From the NCBI GenBank assembly GCA_965237675.1, contig OZ250150.1:3744001-3808000 (forward strand): a stretch of 64,000 nucleotides of DNA, read 5' to 3'. The DNA is from Candidatus Latescibacterota bacterium. GTDB taxonomy: Bacteria > Latescibacterota > UBA2968 > GCA-2709665. The position numbers and the translations under genes are program-made. The stretch's first letter is position 1; each line of letters begins with the position of its first letter. Of this stretch, positions 28,797 through 38,527 are shown piece after piece. The notes under the pieces are model-generated. The model worked only from the letters and a program-made list of their open reading frames with translations, searched no databases and had not been told where the DNA came from.

Positions 28797-29381
28797 TTAT
28801 TTTGAGGACTGGTAGTACGGGTTCGTACCACCCGCGTGTTCGGTCACGTCGAGGATCTCTTCAATTTCGGGCACGGCCTCCTTGATGAGGACTTCGACAC
28901 CCTGTTTGAGCGTGACATCCACCATGCCGCAACCCTGGCATCCTCCGCCGAACTGGATGTACGCTTTATTGTCCTTTACGTCGATCAACGAGATATGACC
29001 ACCGTGCATGGCAACGCCGGGGTTGATCTTCTCGTCGATGATGTTCTGGATCTTCTCTGCAGTGGTGCCTTTCAGATGCGAGGGAACCTTGTTGGGATTC
29101 TCTATCTTGAAACCTCTTCCCATCAGGCTGTCCACAAAGTCCAGGATGATGTCCTGGGCATACGGGGCGCTTTCCTGGCCGACGTAGACATTGAACCCGT
29201 CGAACGGGGTGACGTCGTCGTCTTCGTTTTCCTGCCCGTCGGCGACAAAGCCGAGTCGGTAGTTGGCCTGCAGAGGCGATACCGCCTCTGCTTTGACACG
29301 AACGCCAACGATGGCCGACTCCTGGTTCCGGATAAGGTTGACGACCTCCTTCTGCGCGGCTTCGGTTACGGTGATGTTCAT
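28797..29381 (-). CDS. nfuA: Fe-S biogenesis carrier NfuA
   Basis: Degenerate A-type N-domain (ITVTEAAQ...GFKIENPN) plus an Nfu domain INPGVAMHGG...GGGCQGCGMVDVTLKQGVE...DVTEHAGGTNPYY. Confidence 0.93.
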   Translation of the reverse strand: MNITVTEAAQKEVVNLIRNQESAIVGVRVKAEAVSPLQANYRLGFVADGQENEDDDVTPFDGFNVYVGQESAPYAQDIILDFVDSLMGRGFKIENPNKVPSHLKGTTAEKIQNIIDEKINPGVAMHGGHISLIDVKDNKAYIQFGGGCQGCGMVDVTLKQGVEVLIKEAVPEIEEILDVTEHAGGTNPYYQSSK

Positions 29382-29421
29382 ATCGACCTTCCCCTTAGAG
29401 AGGTGTGCTTTGCCAGGGCGG

Positions 29422-29916
29422 TCAAGACTGAAGCGCCACTGTCGGTCTTGCAGGATGTTCGCGGTCTATTTTCTCCTGAATTTTCATCAGCGCGAACAAC
29501 AGGTCTTCAGGCCGGGGCGGGCAGCCCGGCACGTAGATATCCACCGGCAAGAACTGATCGACGCCCTGAACAAGCGTATACGTATTGAAAACGCCTCCGG
29601 ACGATGCGCAGGCGCCCATCGAAATCACCCACTTCGGATCCGGCATCTGATCGTAGATCTTCTTGAGAACCGGCATCATCTTGATCGATATCCGACCTGA
29701 TACAATGAGCAAGTCGGACTGCCGTGGCGAGAACCGCACAGCTTCCGCGCCGAAGCGAGCCATGTCGAAGCGTCCGGAGAGCGTGGCCATCATTTCGATG
29801 GCGCAGCAAGCCGTGCCGAATGGCATTGGCCAGAGGGATGATTTCCGCGCCCAGTTAATCATTTTGGACAGAGTGGTTGTGAAAACGTTATCGCCAAGGC
29901 CCGTCTCAAGTCCCAT
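29422..29916 (-). CDS. nuoB: Orphan NADH-quinone oxidoreductase subunit B homologue (second copy) among the suf genes
   Basis: [46 protein letters not shown]; all four N2-cluster Cys ligands are present. Confidence 0.92.
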   Translation of the reverse strand: MGLETGLGDNVFTTTLSKMINWARKSSLWPMPFGTACCAIEMMATLSGRFDMARFGAEAVRFSPRQSDLLIVSGRISIKMMPVLKKIYDQMPDPKWVISMGACASSGGVFNTYTLVQGVDQFLPVDIYVPGCPPRPEDLLFALMKIQEKIDREHPARPTVALQS

Positions 29917-30019
29917 TGATCACCTCTGCAGAAGGGTTGGAAACGTCACGTGAGATGTACGTCGCCGGCGAAGCGTCCACGACGTACCGACCGGTTGGCA
30001 ACCCGCCCGCGGCGTTTTG

Positions 30020-30499
30020 CTAACCCGAAACCTGAATCAGCTCGTCCGTCACGTTCTGCAAACAGGCATCCATGGCCTGTTCTTCTCCCAGCAGATCATT
30101 CAGTGTAACGCGGCTCAGCAGCTGATCGATCATGGACTGTACCGAGGTCCACAGCGATCGTATCGAACAGTCTACGGAGTGCGTACATAGTAATTCCCGG
30201 CCAGCGTGTTCCTCGCAGAATTCCGGTGTGAACAGTCGACCGCCGAGTGCGGTCAGTACGTCGCCGACCACAATCAGGTCAGCAGATTGCGCGAGTCTGT
30301 ACCCTCCGGCCTGTCCTCGAACGCTTTCGACGAATTCCCCCAGCCGCAGAAGACGCATCAGCTTGGCGACATTTGGGATGGAGAGGCCTTCAACCTGGCT
30401 GATCTCAGATATGGAGAGGCCGCCGCCGGTTTCTCTCTGCCTGCGGCCAATCTGAAGCAGGCACCGAAGCCCGTATTCTTCCCCGGCGCTCAATTTCAT
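30020..30499 (-). CDS. Rrf2 family Fe-S-sensing transcriptional regulator
   Basis: EEYGLRCLL, winged HTH VESVRGQAGGYRLA, and a Cys/His cluster FCEEH...LCTHSVDCSIRSLW. Confidence 0.92.
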   Translation of the reverse strand: MKLSAGEEYGLRCLLQIGRRQRETGGGLSISEISQVEGLSIPNVAKLMRLLRLGEFVESVRGQAGGYRLAQSADLIVVGDVLTALGGRLFTPEFCEEHAGRELLCTHSVDCSIRSLWTSVQSMIDQLLSRVTLNDLLGEEQAMDACLQNVTDELIQVSG

Positions 30500-30640
30500 G
30501 GCGCTATAGCTTTCTTGGATGGGTTGGACGTCTGATTGAATCCATCTGTTCGGCTAAACGGCTCCATGGATCCGGAAAGTCCGCGTCGTCGGCCTCGGCA
30601 CCCGCGACGGTGGGGGGTGTGGCGCGGTTACGGGTTCCGA

Positions 30641-31150
30641 CTAAAACAGTCCGAGCTCGAGTCTTGCTGCTTCGGACATCATCTCCGGGTTCCACGGCGG
30701 ATCGAAGGTCAGATCCAGGTTGACGTCTCGGACACCGGAAACCGAGCGGGTGACGCTTTCAACCTGCCCGGGCAGGATACCCGCGGCCGGACATGCGGGG
30801 GAGGTCAAAGTCATTTTAACGTAGGTCATCCCGGAGGGTTCGACCTTGACTTCGTATATGAGGCCGATATCGTAGATGTTGATCGGAATCTCCGGATCGA
30901 AAACCGTGCGATGGGCGGCGATGATGTTATCTCTGACGCCTTCGGTGTTTATCGAGTTTTCGGTTTCGGCCGCGGCTGCGGCCGCTTCGGCCATCTCTTG
31001 CTTTTCTTCCTTGCTTGCGGCGGCGTGCGCCGTCAGCGCGCTGATGTCGACGGGATTCGCCTCGTCTGCCGCGTTTGTATTCGACTCGTCGCTTGGAGGC
31101 GAATCGTCTTCTTTGTTCCTGTACAGTCGGTTCAGCAGTCGGTTCAGCAC
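30641..31150 (-). CDS. sufT: SUF system Fe-S assembly protein SufT (DUF59/MIP18)
   Basis: VFDPEIPINIYDIGLIY, MTLTSPACP, FDPPWNPEMMSEAARLELG. Confidence 0.92.
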   Translation of the reverse strand: MLNRLLNRLYRNKEDDSPPSDESNTNAADEANPVDISALTAHAAASKEEKQEMAEAAAAAAETENSINTEGVRDNIIAAHRTVFDPEIPINIYDIGLIYEVKVEPSGMTYVKMTLTSPACPAAGILPGQVESVTRSVSGVRDVNLDLTFDPPWNPEMMSEAARLELGLF

Positions 31151-31173
31151 GATGGATTCCTCCCGTTAGACGC

Positions 31174-31629
31174 CTACTCGGTGGTCACAGGCAATTCGCG
31201 TTTCTCAAGTGCTGCCACAAGGGTGTGCCACGCCAGGGTTGCGCATTTGATGCGCACAGGGAACTCTCTTACGCCCGAAAAAACGGCCAGTTTGCCGATA
31301 CCGTCGGTGACGGGTTGGGTCGAAACATCGCTGGTGACCAGGTCGCGGAACTTTCCGAAGAGCGATTGTGCTTCCTGAAGGGTCCGTCCCTTGACCGCGT
31401 CGGTCATCAGAGATGCCGACGCCTTGGAGATGGCACATCCGGCGCCTTGAAAAGCGATATCTGCAATGCGGTTGCCGTCGATTTTCACGAAGAGGTTGAA
31501 ATGGTCGCCACACAACGGGTTGTACCCCTCGGACGTTCGATCCGCGCCGGTCATCGACCGGAAGTTGCGCGGACTCCGATTGTGGTCCAGAATGACCTGT
31601 TGGTAGAGTTCTCGGAGATCGGACATCAT
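31174..31629 (-). CDS. sufU: SUF system NifU-like sulfur-transfer protein SufU
   Basis: LYQQVILDH, GYNPLCGD, GAGCAISKASAS, FPVRIKCATL. Confidence 0.95.
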   Translation of the reverse strand: MMSDLRELYQQVILDHNRSPRNFRSMTGADRTSEGYNPLCGDHFNLFVKIDGNRIADIAFQGAGCAISKASASLMTDAVKGRTLQEAQSLFGKFRDLVTSDVSTQPVTDGIGKLAVFSGVREFPVRIKCATLAWHTLVAALEKRELPVTTE

Positions 31630-32906
31630 CGGAAGACCTCATGGGTCGTGTGCAACGCCCGTACGAGCGTGTCGATGTCTTCCCGCGTATTGTAAAACGC
31701 TGTGGCCGCTCGGGTCGTCGCGGGAATATTGAAGTGCCGCATCACAGGTTGGGCGCAATGGTGTCCGGCGCGGACTGCCACGCCTTGCTGATCAACGATG
31801 GTGCCGACGTCATGCGGGTGGACACCGTCCAGAACGAAGGAGATGACACTGACTTTCTCTTCAGCCGTTCCTATGATTCTCAGCCCTGATATCTCGGAAA
31901 GGGCGTCGGTGGCATAGGCCAGCAGGTCGTTCTCGTAAGCGGCGGCCGCTTCCAGGTCGATCCGGTTCAAATAGTCGATGGCGGCGCCGAGCCCGATACA
32001 GCCGGCAATATGGGGTGTGCCGGCCTCGAAGCGGGCGGGTGGATCGGCATAGGTGGTTTTTTCAAGCGAAACTTCACGAATCATGCCGCCTCCGCCCTTG
32101 TAGGGCGGCATCGATTCAAGCAGTTCACTTCTCCCGTAAAGAACCCCGATGCCGGTCGGACCGTATAGCTTGTGCCCCGAAAAGGCGTAGAAGTCACATC
32201 CGAGTGCCTGAACGTCCACTTTGAAATGGGGAACCGCCTGTGCTCCATCCAGGAGTACGGGGATACTGCGTTCATGTGCCAGTTCCACGATTGCGGCTAC
32301 CGGATTGAGGGTGCCAAGGACGTTCGACACGTGTACGACGGCCACAAGTTTCGTACGCTCGTTCAGCCGTCTTTCAACCTCGTCGATCTGCAACTCGCCC
32401 CGGTCATTAATGGGTATCACACGCAGTTTTGCACCTTTTTCCTCGCAGAGCATCTGCCACGGCACGATGTTCGAGTGGTGTTCCATGGCGGAAACGAGGA
32501 TTTCGTCACCGGCTTCCACGTTTTTGCGGCCGAATGTCTGGGCAACGAGGTTAATGCTGTCCGTGGTGCCGCTGGTGAAGATGATTTCTCTGTCGTGGGC
32601 CGCGTTCAGAAACTGACGGACCTTGCTGCGTGCCCCTTCGTAGGAATCCGTTGCAAGCTGGCTGAGAAGATGAACCCCGCGGTGCACGTTGGCGTTGGCC
32701 GTTTCGTAAAAAACCTCAAGCACGTCCAGCACATCTCTGGGTTTCTGGGTTGTTGCCGCGTTGTCAAGGTAGACCAGCGGGTTGTCCCGTATGGATTGGC
32801 TCAGTACCGGAAAATCCATCCGGATACGGTAGGGATCGAAAGGACCCGCGCGTTCAATGAGCGGGCAGGAAAGCCGTTCGGCCAGGGCATGCGCTGTCAG
32901 GCTCAT
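31626..32906 (-). CDS. sufS: Cysteine desulfurase SufS
   Basis: YLDNAATTQKP, EHHSNIVPW, PLP lysine in SGHKLYGPTG, catalytic RAGHHCAQP; ATGA overlap with the sufD stop. Confidence 0.96.
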   Translation of the reverse strand: MSLTAHALAERLSCPLIERAGPFDPYRIRMDFPVLSQSIRDNPLVYLDNAATTQKPRDVLDVLEVFYETANANVHRGVHLLSQLATDSYEGARSKVRQFLNAAHDREIIFTSGTTDSINLVAQTFGRKNVEAGDEILVSAMEHHSNIVPWQMLCEEKGAKLRVIPINDRGELQIDEVERRLNERTKLVAVVHVSNVLGTLNPVAAIVELAHERSIPVLLDGAQAVPHFKVDVQALGCDFYAFSGHKLYGPTGIGVLYGRSELLESMPPYKGGGGMIREVSLEKTTYADPPARFEAGTPHIAGCIGLGAAIDYLNRIDLEAAAAYENDLLAYATDALSEISGLRIIGTAEEKVSVISFVLDGVHPHDVGTIVDQQGVAVRAGHHCAQPVMRHFNIPATTRAATAFYNTREDIDTLVRALHTTHEVFR

Positions 32907-34228
32907 GGGATTTTCCCGACGTTTCGCGCCTGTTCGAATCTGTCCATTACAATCCGTTCGAGATAGTCCCGGACGGAATCGGGTTTGATTCTGTTCAGGA
33001 TGTCGACCGCGAATGCATGGACAAGGATGCGCTGTGCGGCCGCGTGACTTAACCCGCGAGAGCGCAGGTAAAAGACCGCGTTCTGATCGAGTTGCCCTAT
33101 TGTTGCGCCGTGGGAGCACTTCACCTGGTCGGCGTAGATTTCGAGTTGGGGTTTGGTATTGATGCCGGCGCCGTCGGAGATGAGCAGGCTCTGGCTGCTC
33201 TGGTAGGCGTCGGTCTCCTGAGCCTTCCGGTGGACGTGTATCTTGCCGCGAAACACGCCACTGGATCTGCCGCCGAGAATACCCTTGTAGAGTTCGTGGC
33301 TGTTGCAATTCGGCTCGGCGTGTTCGATCAGGGTGTGGTTATCGATATGCTGCTCTTTGTCGGTCAAATAGAAGCCGTTGACCGTGGCTTCACCGGCTTC
33401 GCCGGCCAGCAACGCGTTGACTTCGTTGCGGACCAGTTTGCCGCCCAGAGAAATGGCGTGTGTGGACAGATTGCTCCCGGCGCCCTGACGGGCTTGCATG
33501 GTGGCGATATGAAACGCGTCCGGGCTCTCGAGTTCCAGTTTGTAGTGATCCACCACCGCGCGGTCGCCGGCGATGACTTCGGTGACCGCGTTTGTGAAAT
33601 AGGCGCCGCCACCCGTGTAGGTTTCGATAATCGTGGCCTGGCTGTCTTCTTCGGCCAGGACAAGCGTGCGGGGGTGTGAAATGGACGGGTCGCCTGAAGG
33701 GATTGAAACAAACAGGATGTGAATGGGAGATTCGACAGCCGTGCCCCGTGGGACATATACACAGGCACCATCCTGGAGAAATGCGGTGTTGAGCGCGACG
33801 AAGGCGTGCTCCTCGTACGCGGCGTGCCGCGCAATATGGGTTTCCACCCATTCGGGTTCGAAGGCCATCAATTCGGACAGACTGCACACCCGCACGCCGG
33901 GCGGGAGGTTCCCCGTGCGGGAATATTCGGCATTGTAGAATCCATTGACGAAAACCAGGCGTGTGGCAGCCAGTTCCTGGATGGGATCTTCCGTTTTCCA
34001 GACCTGACGTACATCCTCTGCTGTCGTTGTGCGAAACGGAGTCCGGACAAGCGGAGCAACATTTGTGTGGAACCACGCTTCGTCCCTTGTGCCGGGAAAC
34101 CCGAGTTCCGCAAATCGTTCAATTGCAGACTTGCGAAGTGCGTGCAAGGGCGCGGCGAACCGTCCGTTCAGGCTCTCTTCAAAAGCGGTAAATGCCGACA
34201 GATAGGCGTGTGTGCCTCTGTTCCCCAT
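32903..34228 (-). CDS. sufD: Fe-S cluster assembly protein SufD
   Basis: FVALNTAF, ELYKGIL, TKPQLEIYADQVKCSHGATIGQLD, FYLRSRG; AAGGAGG RBS. Confidence 0.95.
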   Translation of the reverse strand: MGNRGTHAYLSAFTAFEESLNGRFAAPLHALRKSAIERFAELGFPGTRDEAWFHTNVAPLVRTPFRTTTAEDVRQVWKTEDPIQELAATRLVFVNGFYNAEYSRTGNLPPGVRVCSLSELMAFEPEWVETHIARHAAYEEHAFVALNTAFLQDGACVYVPRGTAVESPIHILFVSIPSGDPSISHPRTLVLAEEDSQATIIETYTGGGAYFTNAVTEVIAGDRAVVDHYKLELESPDAFHIATMQARQGAGSNLSTHAISLGGKLVRNEVNALLAGEAGEATVNGFYLTDKEQHIDNHTLIEHAEPNCNSHELYKGILGGRSSGVFRGKIHVHRKAQETDAYQSSQSLLISDGAGINTKPQLEIYADQVKCSHGATIGQLDQNAVFYLRSRGLSHAAAQRILVHAFAVDILNRIKPDSVRDYLERIVMDRFEQARNVGKIP

Positions 34229-34244
34229 GGTGCGGCGACCTCCT

Positions 34245-35018
34245 TTAAGGACGGGCGAATCGGGCCGTCGACTCTTCACGAATCCAATCGTAGCCTTCCG
34301 CTTCGAGCTTCTGGGCGAGTTCCTTGCCACCCGATTTGACAATCCGGCCCTTCAGAAGAACATGCACGGCGTCCGGCACGATGTAGTCCAGCAGCCGCTG
34401 GTAGTGGGTAACCACGAGAACCGCGCTCCCGGGGTTTTTCCGGTGAAGCGTGTTCACGCCGTTGGCCACGATCTTCAGGGCGTCGATATCCAAACCGGAG
34501 TCCGTTTCGTCCATGATAGCCAGCCGGGGTTCGAGCATTGCCATCTGGAATATTTCGTTTCGTTTTTTTTCACCGCCGGAGAAGCCTTCGTTGACCGCCC
34601 GATTGAGAAACGACTGGTCCATTTCCACCAGTTCCAGCTTCTCCCTGGACAGAGCGAGAAAATCCATGGCGTCGAGTTCATCCTGGCCGCGTGCTTTTCG
34701 AAGTTCATTGAGCGCAGTCCGAAGAAAATAGGCGCTGTTGACGCCGGGAATTTCCACCGGGTACTGAAAAGCCATGAAGACGCCGGCCTGGGCGCGTTCT
34801 TCCGGTTCCAATTCCAACAGGTCTTCGCCTTCGTAGAGAATCTCGCCGCGGGTCACTTCGTATTCTTCTCGGCCGGCCAATACCTGGGCAAGGGTGCTCT
34901 TTCCGGATCCGTTGGGACCCATAATGGCGTGGATTTCGCCGGCGTTGATTTTCAGGTCGATGCCGGTAAGGATGCGGGTGCCTTCGACGCTTGCGTGGAG
35001 GTCGTTGACTTCGAGCAT
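34245..35018 (-). CDS. sufC: Fe-S cluster assembly ATPase SufC
   Basis: [51 protein letters not shown]. Confidence 0.97.
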   Translation of the reverse strand: MLEVNDLHASVEGTRILTGIDLKINAGEIHAIMGPNGSGKSTLAQVLAGREEYEVTRGEILYEGEDLLELEPEERAQAGVFMAFQYPVEIPGVNSAYFLRTALNELRKARGQDELDAMDFLALSREKLELVEMDQSFLNRAVNEGFSGGEKKRNEIFQMAMLEPRLAIMDETDSGLDIDALKIVANGVNTLHRKNPGSAVLVVTHYQRLLDYIVPDAVHVLLKGRIVKSGGKELAQKLEAEGYDWIREESTARFARP

Positions 35019-35159
35019 GCGTGTTCCTTATTTATAGACTGTCCTTTGTTGCAGTCGTGAGGCGCTGTCTGGCCGGGCGTTTTTTTAAAGGCCTCCGGCG
35101 ACGCCTTCGATGTGTTCGCAGATTCTTTCTGTGTCGCCTGGGCGCGTTCCCCGTGCGTG

Positions 35160-36626
35160 TTATCCCACGCTGCCTTCCAGGCTGATGCCAAGCAACTTCT
35201 GGGCCTCGACGGCGAATTCCATCGGGAGTTCGGCCAGCACTTCCCTGCAGAAGCCGTTGACGATCATGGAGACGGCGTCTTCGGTGGAGATGCCGCGCTG
35301 GTTACAGTAGAAAATTTGATCTTCACCGATTTTTGAGGTGGAGGCTTCGTGCTCTACCTGGGAGGTGGTGTTTCTCACGTCGATGTACGGGAAGGTGTGA
35401 GCCCCGCAACGGTCGCCGATGAGCATGGAGTCGCACTGGGTAAAGTTTCGGGCGTTCGCTGCGCCTTTTAGTACCTGCACCCGGCCCCGATAGGTATTCT
35501 GACCGTTCTTGGCGGAGATGCCTTTCGAAATGATGGTGCTGCGCGTGTTTTTACCCAGATGAATCATCTTCGTGCCCGTATCGGCCTGTTGGCGCCCGGT
35601 GGTGACGGCCACGGAGTAGAATTCGCCAACGGAGTTGTCGCCCTGGAGAATGCAGCTGGGATATTTCCAGGTGATGGCCGATCCGGTTTCAACCTGCGTC
35701 CAGGAGATTTTCGCGTTGGCGCCGCGGCAGGCGCCGCGTTTGGTGACAAAGTTGTAGATCCCGCCAACACCGTTTTCGTCTCCCGGATACCAGTTCTGAA
35801 CGGTCGAGTATTTGATCTGCGCGTTGTCGAGGGCAACCAGTTCCACGACGGCGGCATGGAGCTGATTCTCGTCTCTCTTGGGGGCCGTGCAACCTTCGAG
35901 ATACGATACGTAAGCCCCGTCTTCAGCGACGATCAGCGTCCTCTCGAACTGGCCTGTATTGGCTGCGTTGATTCGGAAGTACGTGGACAGTTCCATGGGG
36001 CACCGCACACCGCGGGGGATGTAGCAGAAGGACCCGTCCGTAAAGACCGCGGAGTTGAGAGCGGCGAAGAAATTGTCATTGTAGGGCACGACCGAACCGA
36101 GGTATTTCTTCACTATTTCGGTGTGTTCTTGCACGGCTTCCGAGAACGAGCAGAAAATGATGCCCAAGTCAGACAGTTTGTCTTTAAACGTCGTGGCCAC
36201 GGAAACGCTGTCGAAAACGGCGTCGACCGCCACGCCGGCAAGTATTTTCTGCTCTTGGAGAGGGATGCCCAATTTCTCATACGTGCTCAGGATTTCAGGG
36301 TCAACCTCGTCGAGGCTCTGGAGCGCGTCCTGGTTTTTGGGTGCGGAGTAATATATAATGTTCTGATAGTCGATGTCCGGATAGTCGACCATGGCCCACT
36401 GGCGGCTTTGCTTGCGACGGGTCGGATCATCCATCTTCAGCCAGTTGCGATAGGCTTTAAGGCGCCATTGCAATAGCCAGTCGGGTTCGCTTTTCTTCTC
36501 GGAAATAAACGCGATAATGTCTTCATTCAGGCCAGGGGGCGCGGCGTCCGTTTCGATGTCCGTTACGAAACCGTATTTGTACTCTCTGGTCGCCAGTTCT
36601 TCAATTTCCTGCACTTCCTCGCTCAT
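35160..36626 (-). CDS. sufB: Fe-S cluster assembly protein SufB
   Basis: [56 protein letters not shown]...EGSVG. Confidence 0.97.
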   Translation of the reverse strand: MSEEVQEIEELATREYKYGFVTDIETDAAPPGLNEDIIAFISEKKSEPDWLLQWRLKAYRNWLKMDDPTRRKQSRQWAMVDYPDIDYQNIIYYSAPKNQDALQSLDEVDPEILSTYEKLGIPLQEQKILAGVAVDAVFDSVSVATTFKDKLSDLGIIFCSFSEAVQEHTEIVKKYLGSVVPYNDNFFAALNSAVFTDGSFCYIPRGVRCPMELSTYFRINAANTGQFERTLIVAEDGAYVSYLEGCTAPKRDENQLHAAVVELVALDNAQIKYSTVQNWYPGDENGVGGIYNFVTKRGACRGANAKISWTQVETGSAITWKYPSCILQGDNSVGEFYSVAVTTGRQQADTGTKMIHLGKNTRSTIISKGISAKNGQNTYRGRVQVLKGAANARNFTQCDSMLIGDRCGAHTFPYIDVRNTTSQVEHEASTSKIGEDQIFYCNQRGISTEDAVSMIVNGFCREVLAELPMEFAVEAQKLLGISLEGSVG

Positions 36627-36708
36627 CGGGTGCTCCTTCCATCGCTTGAAAGGGCATTAGTTTTGTTATTGTTTGTGCGACTCGACGATAACGTTTCCTG
36701 AATTCAAG

Positions 36709-36741
36709 CTTAACATACCCAATCCGTATCCATGTGTCAAG
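36709..36741 (-). promoter_or_regulatory. suf promoter overlapped by an imperfect inverted repeat (candidate Rrf2 operator)
   Basis: Minus strand TTGACA(36740-36735)-N17-TATGTT(36717-36712). The arms CTTAACATA and TGTGTCAAG are 7/9 complementary. Confidence 0.6.
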
Positions 36742-36835
36742 ATTAAAAATGTACAAAAAAGTCAAGTTTGCCGGATCCGTTATCACGAGGACTGGCTCAA
36801 CCATGGGGAACGAATGCGCGAGGGGTGCTTTTCTC

Positions 36836-36865
36836 TTGACAGATGCGCAAGGATTTCGCTAATTT
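36836..36865 (+). promoter_or_regulatory. Putative sigma70 promoter of the nuo operon, divergent from suf
   Basis: TTGACA-N18-TAATTT, about 100 nt upstream of nuoA. Confidence 0.4.
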
Positions 36866-36963
36866 ATCGCCGTCAGTTCGGAAAGCGGATAACGATAGAT
36901 TGAAGCCCTGCGCAACGTCGGAGTTTCTTTTCATGGCGTTGCTCCTCGGGAGGTCCCGAAACG

Positions 36964-37383
36964 ATGCTGGATCAATATGCCAACGTTCTGATATTCCTGG
37001 GGATCGGCGCTCTCTTCGTCGTGGTCAATCTCTTCATCGGCAGTCTGATTCGGCCCCGGAATCCCAGCGCCGAGAAACTGAGTACATACGAGTGCGGTGA
37101 AGAACCCGTCGGAGGTTCCTGGATTCAATTCAATATTCGGTTCTACGTGATTGCCCTGGATTTCATCATCTTCGACGTGGAAGTGGTATTGCTTTATCCG
37201 TGGGCGGTGGTCGCCAACGACTTCGGCTGGTATGGCTTCGGCGCCATGTCGATTTTCGTGGTGGTGCTCCTGCTTGGCTTGGCGTATGCCTGGCGGAAGG
37301 GCGCCCTCGAATGGGTGCGTCCCAAGCTCTCGGGGCGGCAGGCGCCGGTAGCCGCTCCCGCCGGCGGAGGCCACGTTGCCTGA
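36964..37383 (+). CDS. nuoA: NADH-quinone oxidoreductase subunit A
   Basis: KLSTYECGEEP, FNIRFYVIAL, FIIFDVE, YAWRKGALEW; GGAGG RBS. Confidence 0.95.
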   Translation: MLDQYANVLIFLGIGALFVVVNLFIGSLIRPRNPSAEKLSTYECGEEPVGGSWIQFNIRFYVIALDFIIFDVEVVLLYPWAVVANDFGWYGFGAMSIFVVVLLLGLAYAWRKGALEWVRPKLSGRQAPVAAPAGGGHVA

Positions 37384-37523
37384 TCCGCCCGCCCGTTCCG
37401 GTCACACAGAAGGCGTGTGGGTTGATTTACGCCATTTTTTCAATGACCTGATATCAATCCGTTGCCCTTCACGGTGTTCGGATTCCATCGTCTGCTTGGA
37501 CGCTTCAGGAGGCATGCCTACTC

Positions 37524-38009
37524 ATGGGAAAGCTCACAGGTCGTTTCCAGGATAATGTAATCGTGACGTCGGTCGATTATTTCGTCAATTGGGCCCGTCT
37601 GTCCTCGCTCTGGCCGATGACGTTCGGATTGGCGTGTTGCGCCATAGAAATGATGGCCACGGGGGCGTCGCGGTACGATTGGTCGCGGTTGGGGATGGTC
37701 CCGCGCGCCACACCCCGGCAGTCTGATTTGATGATTGTGGCTGGCACGGTTACGTTGAAAATGGCCAGTCGCGTGAAGAAATTGTACGACCAGATGGCTG
37801 AGCCCAGGTACGTCATGTCCATGGGCTGTTGCGCCACGTCGGGCGGACCCTATTGGCAACACGGGTACCATGTATTGAAGGGTGTCGACCGGGTTGTGCC
37901 GGTTGACGTCTATGTCCCCGGCTGTCCTCCTAGGCCGGAGGCCTTGTTGGAGGGCGTACTAAAACTCCAGGACAAGATCCGAATCGATTCCATTGCGAGA
38001 GTGAGTTAG
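37524..38009 (+). CDS. nuoB: NADH-quinone oxidoreductase subunit B
   Basis: [46 protein letters not shown]. Confidence 0.96.
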   Translation: MGKLTGRFQDNVIVTSVDYFVNWARLSSLWPMTFGLACCAIEMMATGASRYDWSRLGMVPRATPRQSDLMIVAGTVTLKMASRVKKLYDQMAEPRYVMSMGCCATSGGPYWQHGYHVLKGVDRVVPVDVYVPGCPPRPEALLEGVLKLQDKIRIDSIARVS

Positions 38010-38053
38010 GCAGCGTCCGCAAGTTCGCGCCGGACCGGATGTGGGGGCAATCA

Positions 38054-38524
38054 ATGACGCCGCAGGAGATTTTTGATCGTCTAAAGGAGAAATTCGCCGA
38101 CCGGGTTCTGGATCTGGCCGAAAACGTGGATCCGTTTGTTCGGGTAAAGGCCGACGCCATACAGGAAATTGGCCTGTATTTGCGAGACGACGAGACAATG
38201 CGGTTCGAGTCGCTGATGTGTCTGAGCGGGGTGGATTATCCGGAACACCTGACGGTGGTCTACCATCTGTTTTCGACGTCCCGCGGTCACAAGATAACGT
38301 TAAAAGCGGAGGTGGGAAGAGACGAACCCCACGTGCCAACGGTCGAAGGTGTATGGCGGGTGGCGAACTGGCACGAACGCGAGACGTACGATATGTTCGG
38401 GATTGTCTTTGACGGGCACAGCGATCCGCGCCGGATTCTGTGTCCCGACGACTGGGAAGGGTGGCCCCTGCGCAAGGATTACCAGGTGCAGGAATATTAC
38501 CGCGGCATCAGAGTTGAGGTATAA
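38054..38524 (+). CDS. nuoC: NADH-quinone oxidoreductase subunit C
   Basis: LSGVDY, ANWHERETYDMFGI, DWEGWPLRKDY. Confidence 0.95.
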   Translation: MTPQEIFDRLKEKFADRVLDLAENVDPFVRVKADAIQEIGLYLRDDETMRFESLMCLSGVDYPEHLTVVYHLFSTSRGHKITLKAEVGRDEPHVPTVEGVWRVANWHERETYDMFGIVFDGHSDPRRILCPDDWEGWPLRKDYQVQEYYRGIRVEV

Positions 38525-38527
38525 ATT

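Noticed and set aside
32907-33308. 133-aa N-terminal extension of SufS in the ORF track
   Set aside because: It overlaps sufD in another frame; the ATGA-coupled start at 32906 gives a normal-sized SufS.
35160-36626. Intein in SufB
   Set aside because: The length (488 aa) is standard and there are no splice motifs.
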